Below, one piece after another: positions 27,819 to 37,376 of a stretch of 64,000 nt of DNA. The position numbers and the translations under genes are program-made. This DNA comes from an uncultured Pseudomonadota bacterium. Its GTDB lineage: Bacteria; Oederibacteriota; Muellerivitia; Muellerivitales; Muellerivitaceae. Each line of letters opens with the position of its first letter. Position 1 is the first letter of the stretch. The stretch is taken from NCBI GenBank assembly GCA_963770835.1, contig CAVYRH010000004.1, positions 288,001 to 352,000 on the forward strand, in the 5' to 3' direction. The notes under the pieces were generated by a model. That model did no database searches and was not told the DNA's origin. It saw only the letters and a list, made by a program, of their open reading frames with translations.

Positions 27819-28445
27819 ATGGTTGAGTATAAAGGCACCACCGGCTTCCAGGGATCCTGGGAGGAAACCTACCGCCAAACGCCCCCGGAGGAACTTCCCT
27901 GGAACGCCGGCATGGCGGACGGAGACCTAAAGGACTTGTTGGACGGCGTCCAAGCGACGCCGGATAAGGCCTACGACCTGGGCTGTGGGCCGGGCAATGA
28001 CGCGGTCTTCCTGGCTAGCCAGGGGTGGAAAGTGATCGCCGTGGACATTTCCCCCACGGCCGTGAAGCTGGCGAAAGAAGCCGCCGCCAAGTTCGGCGTG
28101 GAAGGGAAGATCCAATTCGTGGCTGCCGATGTCCTGGCTCTCAAGGGCCGGGGGGACGCGTCGTTGGTGAATGACCGGGGCTGTTTTCACACCCTGCCTT
28201 CCGATACTTGGGCGGATTACGCCCGAATGGTGGCGGGCCTCCTGAAGAAGAACGGCCTGCTGGCGCTTAAGGTTTTCAGTTTCAAGGAACCCAAGCTGAC
28301 CACCGGGTCCGGGCCTTTCCGCTTCACGGAAGAACAACTGGAAGACGTCTTCGTGGACGCTTTTGAGATGGTGATGATCAAGGAGGGCATTTTCCACGGC
28401 CCCCGTAAACCCTATTCATTTTTCGGGGTATTTAGGAAAAGATAG
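27819..28445 (+). CDS. Class I SAM-dependent methyltransferase (TPMT-like)
   Basis: LPWN, DLGCGPG, AVDISPTAV, DRGCFH. Confidence 0.9.
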   Translation: MVEYKGTTGFQGSWEETYRQTPPEELPWNAGMADGDLKDLLDGVQATPDKAYDLGCGPGNDAVFLASQGWKVIAVDISPTAVKLAKEAAAKFGVEGKIQFVAADVLALKGRGDASLVNDRGCFHTLPSDTWADYARMVAGLLKKNGLLALKVFSFKEPKLTTGSGPFRFTEEQLEDVFVDAFEMVMIKEGIFHGPRKPYSFFGVFRKR

Positions 28446-28465
28446 ATCATAAAGAGTTAGCCGCG

Positions 28466-28605
28466 GTCATTGCGAGGAATGACCGCCGAATAGGCGGTCG
28501 AACATGACGAAGCAAACTCAGTTGCAGGATGCTTTGAGTTTTTTTCAAACTGAGGTTGCTTCGTCGTAACCGGCCCACTATTCGCGGACCACTCCTCGCA
28601 ATGAC
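28466..28605. repeat. 140-bp nested palindromic element (GTCATTGCGAG family)
   Basis: Outer IR GTCATTGCGAGGA/TCCTCGCAATGAC; inner IR GACGAAGCAAACTCAGTT/AACTGAGGTTGCTTCGTC; small hairpin GACCGCC/GGCGGTC. Confidence 0.88.
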
Positions 28606-28631
28606 GGCAAACTGTTTTCAGAGGTTCATCA

Positions 28632-30254
28632 ATGAGCGCCGCAACCGCAACCATCACAAAAACCGAAGCCGCGTCGGCGCCCCCCATCAACCGGGCGGCC
28701 ATCCTGGTGGTCATTACCGCCGGCCTGGCGTCCCTCCTGGAGATCGTGGACACTTCCATCGTCAACGTGGCCATCCCCACCATGATGGGCAACCTGGGAG
28801 CCACCCTGGACGAGATCGGCTGGGTGGTGACGGGCTACATCATTTCCAACGCCATCGTGCTGCCCATTTCAGGATGGCTGGGCAACCGCTTCGGCCGGCG
28901 CAAGTACTACATCACCTGTATCCTCCTTTTCGTGCTCACCTCAGTGGCCTGCGGTATGGCACCCAATCTCTGGACGCTAGTGCTCTTCCGCATTATCCAA
29001 GGAGCGGCGGGCGGGGCGCTTTTACCCACTTCCCAGGCCCTCATCCAGGAAATGTTCCCGGGAAAGCGCTCGGGCATCGGCAGCGCCCTCTACGGCATGG
29101 TGGTTATCATCGGCCCCACCATCGGCCCGCCCTTGGGCGGCTACCTGACCGACCATTTCGGCTGGCGCATGATCTTCAACATCAACCTGCCCCTGGGCCT
29201 TTTGGCGGCCTTCCTAGCTACTCTCTATATCAAGGACCATGCCGAGGATGGGGAGCACGCCGAGGCCAACGCAAAAATGAAGGCGGCCCCCGTGGATACG
29301 GTGGGGCTGATGCTTTTGGTCGTGGGGGTCGGCTGCCTGCAGTTCGTCCTGGAGCGGGGCCGGGCCGACGACTGGTTTTCCTCCAAGCTCATCCTGGCCT
29401 TCACCATCGTGGCGGGACTCTGCATTCCCTTTTTCATTTGGTGGGAGGTCACGCGGGAACACCCCATTGTGGACCTGAAACTCTTCAAGAACCCGGGGCT
29501 CATCAACGGCACCATCATGATGGGCTGCGTGGGCGGAATGCTTTACGGGCTCATCTTTTTCATCCCCATCTTCGCCTCCAACATCCTCAACCTGGACGCG
29601 GGGCAGACCGGGAACCTCTTCACACCCGGCGCCCTGGTCTCGGGCATGATGATGCCCATCATCGGGTTCCAGCTCCAAAAGCGGGACCCGCGCCTCTTCA
29701 TGGCCTGGGGCATCGGCATCACGGACGTGGCGCTTTTCATGATCGCCCATTTCACGCCCCAGTCCACCTATTGGAACCTCTTCTGGCCCCTCATGATCCG
29801 CGGGCTGGGCATGGCCGCGCTTTTCATTCCCATCAACGCCATGGTACTAGGGGGCTTCAAGGGCCCGGCCCTAGGCCAGGCCGCCGGCATCATGAACCTC
29901 TCGCGCCAGCTGGGGGGCAGCCTGGGCATCGCGCTTCTTTCCACCATGTTCGGCAACGCCAACGACGCGGCCTATGACCACTTGCGGCAGTACATCAGTC
30001 CCCTGACCATGGGCTTCAGCCAGTGGGCCCGCGGGGCCCAGGCCATGGCCTACCATTTTTCCGACCAGATGGGCCTTTATAACCCCGACACCCTGATGGT
30101 CAAGGAAGCTTATTTCCGCGTGAAGAAGCAGGCCTTCGTCATGGCCTTCGACCAGATGGCCTGGGTGATGGTGGTCGGCTTCGCCGTGGCGGGCATCCCG
30201 ATCCTGTTTATGAAAAAGGCCGAGCACCTGGGCAACCCCGCGGACGCGCATTAA
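28632..30254 (+). CDS. DHA2-family MFS efflux permease (EmrB/QacA-like)
   Basis: DTSIVNVAIP, RFGRRK, FRIIQG, GPPLGGYLTDHFGWRMIFNINLP; about 14 TMs. Confidence 0.95.
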   Translation: MSAATATITKTEAASAPPINRAAILVVITAGLASLLEIVDTSIVNVAIPTMMGNLGATLDEIGWVVTGYIISNAIVLPISGWLGNRFGRRKYYITCILLFVLTSVACGMAPNLWTLVLFRIIQGAAGGALLPTSQALIQEMFPGKRSGIGSALYGMVVIIGPTIGPPLGGYLTDHFGWRMIFNINLPLGLLAAFLATLYIKDHAEDGEHAEANAKMKAAPVDTVGLMLLVVGVGCLQFVLERGRADDWFSSKLILAFTIVAGLCIPFFIWWEVTREHPIVDLKLFKNPGLINGTIMMGCVGGMLYGLIFFIPIFASNILNLDAGQTGNLFTPGALVSGMMMPIIGFQLQKRDPRLFMAWGIGITDVALFMIAHFTPQSTYWNLFWPLMIRGLGMAALFIPINAMVLGGFKGPALGQAAGIMNLSRQLGGSLGIALLSTMFGNANDAAYDHLRQYISPLTMGFSQWARGAQAMAYHFSDQMGLYNPDTLMVKEAYFRVKKQAFVMAFDQMAWVMVVGFAVAGIPILFMKKAEHLGNPADAH

Positions 30255-30289
30255 CCGCAGTCGACAGGCGGCGGCTGTCAGTCGTCAGG
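30255..30289 (+). repeat. Period-7 array directly after a stop codon
   Basis: CCGCAGT CGACAGG CGGCGGC TGTCAGT CGTCAGG. Confidence 0.5.
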
Positions 30290-30345
30290 AAAAGCGGGAA
30301 GCAGAAACAAGAATCCATCATTCCTAAAATTAGGAGAGAGAGTTG

Positions 30346-30375
30346 GGGGCGGTACCCTGAGCCGCCCCTCTTTTT
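30346..30375 (+). terminator. Intrinsic terminator of the efflux operon
   Basis: GGGGCGG-loop-CCGCCCC followed by TCTTTTT. Confidence 0.65.
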
Positions 30376-30608
30376 ACGCAATCCCCCTTCCCCTTGGAAA
30401 GCTCATTCAAGACAGCCTTCGTCCCAAGAAAAAGAGATAACCGCCAGTAAACCCAAGAATTTCAAAGTTTTTTTGCCAAAAGACTTACCCTTTTTTTACC
30501 CAGTCCCTCCACCCCGGGGACCTATAATCTCCCCTCAAAACCCATTCCAAAACTCTCTTTAAGAAAAGAACCGGCTGGCCCTTGCAGGGTCCGGCGCAAC
30601 AATAAAAG

Positions 30609-33600
30609 GTGTCCGTCGTGCGTAGATTATGGATCATTTGGGGCCTGACCGCCCTTTCCATTGGGGTTGGAAACCCAGCCGGGGCGGCGGGGCGCCAGCA
30701 GCTCCACGGCCACGTGCCGGCCGAAACAGCGTCCCTACCTTTCGTGGGGCCCGTGGACGACAGCGCCCACTTGACCCTCGTCCTCACCCTACCCCTGCGG
30801 AATTCCATCCAGCTTGGGGAATTCTTGAAACAGGTTGGCGATCCGAAAAGCCCCCTCTACCGGCATTACCTTACCCCCGGGCAGTTCGCCCAAACCTATG
30901 GCCCCAGCGAGGCCGACTACCTGGCGGTCCAAGCCTTCGCACGGTCGAAAAACCTGACGGTGATTTCCATCTCCCCCAACCGGGTCATGCTCGAAGTCGG
31001 GGGGAAAGCGGTGGACGTCCAGAAGGCCTTCTATGTCAGCTTGGGCCGGTACCGGCGGCCCGACGGATCGGAGGTCTTCGCGCCCCAAAACGAACCCTCC
31101 CTGGACCTGGACGTTCCCATCCTCCACATCAGCGGATTGGATAACCTTCACAAACCCCAACCTATGGTTCACATCAAAAATTCCACCACCGTTCGCCGAT
31201 CGGCCCCGGCTTCCGGGCCCCAGCCGGCGGCGCTACGCCACACGCCCACCCCCACGCCCACGCCGGGAACGGGCTCGGCCCCCGGCGGGCTTTTCTGGGG
31301 TAATGACTTCCGTAATGCTTATGTTCCCGGCGTCTGCCTGACGGGCAGCGGGCAGTCGGTGGCGCTGGTGGAGTTCGAGGGTTACTACGCCTCCGACATC
31401 ACGGGCTACGAGAGCCTCGCGGGCCTGCCCAACGTCACCCTCACCAACGTGCCGGTGGACGGGTTTACACTTACCACCTCCGACTCCAACGGCATCGTCG
31501 AGTGCTCCCTGGACATCGAGATGGCCATCGATATGGCGCCGGGCCTGTCGCAGGTTTTGGTTTATGAGGCGCCAAACGGCGCCTCCAACACCCCCTCGGA
31601 CCTGCTCTTGAACCAAATCGCCACTGACGACAAGGCTTCGCAGATCAGTTGTTCCTGGACGGGATTCGGGGACGCCGCCACCACGGTCACCTTCCAGCAG
31701 TTCGCGGCCCAGGGGCAGTCCTTCTTCCAGGCCGCAGGGGACTACGGGGCCTACGTGTCCGGCGACCCCACGCCCACAGTTCCTCCGCCCATCAACCTCT
31801 ACAACTCCATCCAAATGACGGTGGTGGGGGGCACGCAGTTGACGATGCAGGGCGGGGCCTATAAATCCGAAACCACTTGGAACGCGCCGTTGAGCGGCAC
31901 CACCTACGCGGGAGGCGGGGGCGTTTGTTCCCTGGTTTCCATTCCCAGCTATCAACAGGGCTTGAACATGACCGCCAACGGGGGCTCGACCGTCCAGCGC
32001 AACATTCCCGACGTGTCCATGAACGCGGACAACGACTTCGTCACGGCGGACAAGAGCTACACCAGCAACTCCAATTATTCCTATTACACGGTGGTGGGCA
32101 CCAGCGCGGCGACGCCCCTTTGGGCCGGCTTCATGGCCCTGGCCAACCAGCAGGGCCAGGCGGACGGGGTGACCATCGACTTCGCCAATACCGCCCTTTA
32201 CTCCATCGGCCAGGGGAGCAATTATGGGAATGATTTCCACGACATCACGACCGGCAACAACAACCTCGCCGGAAACCCGGCGCTTTATTCCGCCGTCACC
32301 GGCTACGACCTGGCCACGGGCTGGGGATCGCCCGCGGGTCAGGGGCTGATCAACGACCTCACGGGGACGGCCGCTTTCGCCTGCAGCCCCACTCCCAAAC
32401 CCACTTCAACACCCACCGCCAGCCCCACCCGCACGGCCTCCCCCACGCCCAGTCCCACCGCTTCCTCCACGCCCAGTTCCTCGCCCACGCGGACTCCGAC
32501 GGGAACCCCCAGCGGTACGCCGACCCTGACGGCCACGGGGTCGCCTTCCCCGACGGCGTCGAACACCCCGGCCTCCACGGTCACGGCTTCCGCGACGGCC
32601 ACGCCCACTCCCTCGGAAACCCCCACCGTTTCTTGGACGCCAACTTCCACGCCCTCGAACACCGCTACAGCGACGACCGCGGCAACTCCTTCCACTACAC
32701 CGACAAATTCCTTCACCCCCAGCCCGACTCCATCCCTCACCGTTTCCGCTTCGCCAACCCCGACATCCACGGCCACCGACACAGCTACGAATACGGCCAC
32801 GAAGACCGCGACCCAAACCGCAACCAATACCACGACGAATACGCCGACAGCCACCAACACGGAGACGAATAGCGCCACTTCCACACCCTTGAACACCGCA
32901 ACCGCTTCGGCTTCGCCAACGCCGACGGCTATGGCCACTGACAGCGCGACTTCGACGCCCTCAACCACTTCCACGGCAACAAGCACCTCAACCTCGACAC
33001 CGACGGCAACCAATACAATGACGGCTACGAGTAGCGCCACTTCCACAGCTTCCAATACCGTCACGGCGACGAATACAACAACTTCCACGCCCTCGAACAC
33101 CGCCACGGCCACGAGCACCGCGACATCTACCGCCAGCTTTACACCGACCGCGACGTCAACCAATACTGCCACTTCCACATCTTCGAACACCTCCACACCG
33201 ACAGCTACGGCGACAAGCAGGGCGACTTCCACTCCCACGAACACCGCCACAACGACGAATACCACAACTTCCACGCCGACCGGAACGAGCACCTCAACCT
33301 CTTCCACAACCTCCACTCCAACGGCTACGGCCACGACTACGGCGACTCCAACACCCTCCAACACGGAAACCTCCACCCACAGCCCAACTCCCACGCCGAC
33401 AAACAGCGAAACTTATACGCCGACGAATACCGCGACGGCTTCGATGACGCCTAGCGCCACGGATTCCCTGACACCCACCGCTTCCTTTACGGCCACTGGG
33501 ACAGCGTCCCTCACCGCTTCATCTTCGCCAACGCCGACGAACACGGCCACGAATACAGCGACTTCGACAGCCTCCAACACGGCTACCGCGACCCACACCC

Positions 33601-34274
33601 CAACTCCTACGCCTGCGAATACATCGACGGCTAGCGCAACAGTCTCCCAAACACCAACAGCTTCATTAACATCAACTGGGACGCCGTCCAATACTCCCAC
33701 GAGCAGCGCGACTTTCACGCCATCGAACACCGCCACGGCTTCGCCTTCATCAACTCGAACAAACACGACCAGCTCGACTCCCACGGCCACGACGAGCTCC
33801 ACCCCAACACCTTCTTTGACCCCGACTTTCACGCCCTCAACCGCATCGACGGCTAGCGCGACAGCCTCCCAGACACCAACAGCTTCATTAACATCAACTG
33901 GGACTCCGTCCAACACCCCTGCGGCCCTATTTACTTTCACTCCGGCCGTCACGCCGACTTCCACCCCCACCGCCTCCGGCGGCACCCAGCCCGGATGGGC
34001 GGTTTACCCCAACCGGTCCCAGGGAGGGCAGCCCATCCATTGGGAAATCACCTTGGCCGGCCCTTCCCCCATAACCCTCAGCCTTTATGATTTGGCCGGG
34101 GAGCTGGTTTATCAAACGACGATCGAAGGAAATACCGGCGCCAATAGCCTCACATGGAATTTGCAAAACCAAACGGGACAGCAAGTGGCCAGCGGCCTTT
34201 ACGTGTTCGTGCTGAACATCGTCCAGGGATTCCCGGGGCCGGCGCCGCATGGAAAAGTCCTTATCCTGCGTTAA
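30609..34274 (+). CDS. Secreted S53 (sedolisin/kumamolisin-like) protease: pro-domain, catalytic domain, about 530-aa Thr/Ser/Pro linker, C-terminal FlgD-Ig/T9SS-like domain
   Basis: Pro-domain YRHYLTPGQFAQTYGP; ECSLD (Glu/Asp), AAGDYG, GTSAATPLWAG (Ser), YDLATGWGSP; tail VYPN...LYDLAGELV...WNLQNQTGQQVASGLY. Confidence 0.92.
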   Translation: MSVVRRLWIIWGLTALSIGVGNPAGAAGRQQLHGHVPAETASLPFVGPVDDSAHLTLVLTLPLRNSIQLGEFLKQVGDPKSPLYRHYLTPGQFAQTYGPSEADYLAVQAFARSKNLTVISISPNRVMLEVGGKAVDVQKAFYVSLGRYRRPDGSEVFAPQNEPSLDLDVPILHISGLDNLHKPQPMVHIKNSTTVRRSAPASGPQPAALRHTPTPTPTPGTGSAPGGLFWGNDFRNAYVPGVCLTGSGQSVALVEFEGYYASDITGYESLAGLPNVTLTNVPVDGFTLTTSDSNGIVECSLDIEMAIDMAPGLSQVLVYEAPNGASNTPSDLLLNQIATDDKASQISCSWTGFGDAATTVTFQQFAAQGQSFFQAAGDYGAYVSGDPTPTVPPPINLYNSIQMTVVGGTQLTMQGGAYKSETTWNAPLSGTTYAGGGGVCSLVSIPSYQQGLNMTANGGSTVQRNIPDVSMNADNDFVTADKSYTSNSNYSYYTVVGTSAATPLWAGFMALANQQGQADGVTIDFANTALYSIGQGSNYGNDFHDITTGNNNLAGNPALYSAVTGYDLATGWGSPAGQGLINDLTGTAAFACSPTPKPTSTPTASPTRTASPTPSPTASSTPSSSPTRTPTGTPSGTPTLTATGSPSPTASNTPASTVTASATATPTPSETPTVSWTPTSTPSNTATATTAATPSTTPTNSFTPSPTPSLTVSASPTPTSTATDTATNTATKTATQTATNTTTNTPTATNTETNSATSTPLNTATASASPTPTAMATDSATSTPSTTSTATSTSTSTPTATNTMTATSSATSTASNTVTATNTTTSTPSNTATATSTATSTASFTPTATSTNTATSTSSNTSTPTATATSRATSTPTNTATTTNTTTSTPTGTSTSTSSTTSTPTATATTTATPTPSNTETSTHSPTPTPTNSETYTPTNTATASMTPSATDSLTPTASFTATGTASLTASSSPTPTNTATNTATSTASNTATATHTPTPTPANTSTASATVSQTPTASLTSTGTPSNTPTSSATFTPSNTATASPSSTRTNTTSSTPTATTSSTPTPSLTPTFTPSTASTASATASQTPTASLTSTGTPSNTPAALFTFTPAVTPTSTPTASGGTQPGWAVYPNRSQGGQPIHWEITLAGPSPITLSLYDLAGELVYQTTIEGNTGANSLTWNLQNQTGQQVASGLYVFVLNIVQGFPGPAPHGKVLILR
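33622..33919 (+). repeat. About 76-bp direct duplication in the linker (33622-33697 and 33844-33919)
   Basis: Both copies encode STASAT(V/A)SQTPTASLTSTGTPSNTP with near-identical DNA, 222 bp apart. Confidence 0.8.
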
Positions 34275-34494
34275 GGACTCCTCTGAAAACTAAAGTGTCA
34301 GCCTTGGAGCCGTGTTACCGATCGACTACATCCCAAGGAAAACGAACGTAACGCTCCGTAAGGCCTGGGTGAAAGCCTTACCGTCTCTTTACCGAAGCCC
34401 TTCGCCGAAAGATTTTATAATTGCTTACTAACTCCATTCGCATTCAACGAAAAATAAATCCGCTGGCTCCTGAGGGGTCCGGCCCGATAATAAA

Positions 34495-35691
34495 ATGAAG
34501 GCGGCCGCTTTGCGCAGGTCATGGATCCAAAGATTCCGGGTAGGGCTGGCTTTTTTACCGCTTTTGCCCCTTTTCATCCTCACCGCCGGCTGTCCCGGGA
34601 AGAACAGCCCGTCCTCCGCTTCCAGTTCCTCGGTGCTCACTTCGACCGACACCCCTACCCCCACCGACACGCCCAACGCCACGGCGACGGCCCAGGCCAA
34701 CGCCACCGCTACGGCCCAGGCCAATTACGTGGCCACCCATGACGCCAAGGCCACATCCACGGCCCAGGTCGGCGCCACCGAAACCCAACAGGCCGGCGAG
34801 ACCGCCACGGCCCGGGCTACCTCAACCCCGACGCCCCCCGTCAACGCCACGGCCACGGTGACCCCCACCCCCTATCCCAGGACGGTTTGGTCCGTTTATT
34901 CCACCTTGGGCCAATATGGCACCGACGGCGTGAACGGCGATTTTGATTGCGCCATGGGCGTGGCGGTGGGCGCGGGTTACCTCGCGGTCGGCGACATTTG
35001 CAGCGAAAACGTCCAGGTGTTCAACTCCAGCGGCACCTATCTTTACAGCGTCCCGCCCGACGGCGCCACGCCCTCCCTCTGGGGGATGACCATCGATTCC
35101 AACGGGGAACTTTACGTCGCGGATTACGGGTCCGGCGAGGTGGACGGGTACGACCTGGGCCTCACGGGCTATACCTACGATTACACCTGGTCCGCCCAGG
35201 GGAATATGGGAGGGCCCCGCGGGGTTAAAACCGACGCCCAAGGAAACCTGGTGGTGGCCGATTACTCCGACGGAAAAATTTGGAACCTGTCCTGGGCGGA
35301 TGATTCGGTCCTTCATCAAACCACCACGGGGCCTTCCGGCGGCATGGGACCCACCGACGTGGCCTTGGACGCCTCTGGGAACCTCTACGTCACGGACGAC
35401 AACAACAGCCAAGTTGACGAATTCAACAACCAATACCATTACACCGGCTTCTTCAACGGCTCGGGATGGGCAAGCGCCCTGAACGTGCCTTGCGGCGTGG
35501 GGGTAGACTCCCAGGGGAACCTTTTCATTTCAGATATCTACAACGCCAGGGTGGTTTACGCCACGCCGCAGGGGGGCTACCTCGGGGAAATCGACGGGTT
35601 TGGCTGGCCCAATTACCTGGTGCTGGATTCCAGCGATGATTTGTTCGTGGTCGACGAAGTCAACTACCAAGTCGACGAATACATAAGGTGA
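34495..35691 (+). CDS. NHL-repeat beta-propeller lipoprotein with Thr-rich stalk
   Basis: Lipobox LTAGC; repeats PTDVALDASGNLYVTD, PCGVGVDSQGNLFISD. Confidence 0.85.
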   Translation: MKAAALRRSWIQRFRVGLAFLPLLPLFILTAGCPGKNSPSSASSSSVLTSTDTPTPTDTPNATATAQANATATAQANYVATHDAKATSTAQVGATETQQAGETATARATSTPTPPVNATATVTPTPYPRTVWSVYSTLGQYGTDGVNGDFDCAMGVAVGAGYLAVGDICSENVQVFNSSGTYLYSVPPDGATPSLWGMTIDSNGELYVADYGSGEVDGYDLGLTGYTYDYTWSAQGNMGGPRGVKTDAQGNLVVADYSDGKIWNLSWADDSVLHQTTTGPSGGMGPTDVALDASGNLYVTDDNNSQVDEFNNQYHYTGFFNGSGWASALNVPCGVGVDSQGNLFISDIYNARVVYATPQGGYLGEIDGFGWPNYLVLDSSDDLFVVDEVNYQVDEYIR

Positions 35692-35717
35692 CGACCCGTT
35701 TTTTAAAGGAGGCTCCC

Positions 35718-35930
35718 ATGAAAAAGCTGCTCACCCTGGCGATGGCCGTGGTTTTCCTGGCCGCGGCGGCCGGCTGGGCCCAAACCCGGCGGGAGCATAC
35801 CCGGCCCCCCTACTCGGGTCCGAGGGTCAAAAAATCGAAAAAGCCACTTCCCGGTTGGACGCATCCCCACCCGGGTTCCAAGTCGGGCCTCGCGAAAAAA
35901 GGCAAAGCGGACCACATCCTGGTCCGGTAA
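35718..35930 (+). CDS. Small basic secreted protein
   Basis: AAGGAGG RBS; signal peptide ending AGWA. Confidence 0.6.
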   Translation: MKKLLTLAMAVVFLAAAAGWAQTRREHTRPPYSGPRVKKSKKPLPGWTHPHPGSKSGLAKKGKADHILVR

Positions 35931-36016
35931 CCGGCTGGGTTTTTCGTGAATTGTGGTATCCTTGGGGCATAGTTTAATCGGACATAAAGATTCATTATTG
36001 AGGGAGCGGGAATATT

Positions 36017-36670
36017 ATGAAGAAAACAGTAGCTGCTTTTTTATCAATACTTCTTATGGGTTTGTTTTTCACCACTGCCTGTAATCACATCATCCCCACG
36101 GCGCCTCCGCCTCCGACCCCCACACCAACCGCCTATTTCATCCCGACTTCCACGCCCGGTTGCTATTCGGCCAGCGCCTTGCCCGTCACCCAATATGCTT
36201 ATCCCAACCCCATGCCTCCCATGGCGATGGCGACCCCTTTTTGGATTACGCCGGTTTTGGGGCCTGAAACTATTTCCGGTTCCAGCGAAATCGATGATGG
36301 TTCCCACTACAGTGCCATTTTGCGTTCCTTGGCGGAATGGAACAGTTATTGGGCCGACCTGGGCCAAACGGCGCCCCCGCCCCCCACGAACTTTTCCCAA
36401 ACCATGGTTCTCGTGCTGGAAGGCCAAGCCCTGTACCGGGTTTGCTACACCGGCACCAACGTGGTGGTCTATCAAGGGTCAGGTGGTGGCGGCACTCAAA
36501 TTGTCATAAATCCCATCGTCCCGATAATTCTGGGAACCAGCCCCACGCCGACCCCCATCCCAACCGCTACTCCAACACCTACACCCGCCACCCTGCCCCA
36601 AAACCTCTATCTGATTCCGGCTTCCAGCTTGCCGATCAGTTTCGTCACTTCTTATTTAATGGCCTCGTAA
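36017..36670 (+). CDS. Lipoprotein with PrcB-C-like motif
   Basis: Lipobox TTAC; ILRSLAEWNSYW...PPPPTNFSQTMVLVL. Confidence 0.6.
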   Translation: MKKTVAAFLSILLMGLFFTTACNHIIPTAPPPPTPTPTAYFIPTSTPGCYSASALPVTQYAYPNPMPPMAMATPFWITPVLGPETISGSSEIDDGSHYSAILRSLAEWNSYWADLGQTAPPPPTNFSQTMVLVLEGQALYRVCYTGTNVVVYQGSGGGGTQIVINPIVPIILGTSPTPTPIPTATPTPTPATLPQNLYLIPASSLPISFVTSYLMAS

Positions 36671-36816
36671 TTTAAACTCCGTCCCCTTATCAAGGGATGG
36701 TATTGAAGGAGCGGCGTGCCTGAAAAACGGCAAAGCGGCCGGGCGCATTACTGTGGATGTCGCGGAGCAATTCGGCGGTTAAGTGCGGGAACGAAGGGGA
36801 CCCACAAAGTTCGCGA

Positions 36817-37164
36817 TTAAACGAGGATTTTTTCCCGTTCCTTTAGAGCCGCTTTTCTTTTTCTTGGGACGGGCGGTTGGTGAAGCATGATCAGTTCGGA
36901 GGGATGCTCCAGGGATTTCAACTTAGGTTTCTTTCCGGGGTTTTGACGTTTCCACTCCCACCGGAACACCCAAATCTCGAAAACAAGGAAGGCCAGGAAA
37001 ACCAGAAGCGCCCCGATGCCAGGTAAAGGGGAAGGTGCCGAGTCCGGCGCGGCCGTGAGGGAAGCCCCGGCGCAAACGCCGAGAGAACCAGCCAAGGCCC
37101 AAAAGTAAAACACCGGTAATAACCCGCCGCGCATGGACCTCTTCCATGAGAATAAATTTTCCAT
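36817..37164 (-). CDS. Small two-TM hypothetical protein
   Basis: GGGAGG RBS; two hydrophobic segments. Confidence 0.55.
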   Translation of the reverse strand: MENLFSWKRSMRGGLLPVFYFWALAGSLGVCAGASLTAAPDSAPSPLPGIGALLVFLAFLVFEIWVFRWEWKRQNPGKKPKLKSLEHPSELIMLHQPPVPRKRKAALKEREKILV

Positions 37165-37376
37165 AACCGCGCCTCCCTTACTCATCTGTCTGATATTTCA
37201 GGTTTGATTATGGGAACCGCGGTCGAAAAATGAAAAGGCCAATCGAAAGAAATTTCGTTAACCGTTTTATTTAAAACCGATTTTAGTTTTTGGATTTTAT
37301 TTACTATTTACACCAGTTGCTCCCTTGATTATTGTTCCTGGAAGCCATCAGCGGATTTTAAGGAAAGGCGCGGGGC

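Noticed and set aside
32385..33978. Ice-binding (TxT) function for the linker
   Set aside because: Frequent prolines and the lack of a fixed longer repeat period argue for a disordered stalk rather than a beta-solenoid
32339..33985. Long Val-rich ORFs on the minus strand
   Set aside because: Antisense shadows of the Thr-rich linker codons
34275..34494. Possible structured ncRNA between the protease and the NHL lipoprotein
   Set aside because: Only a short GTAAGGC/GCCTTAC stem; no recognisable RNA family
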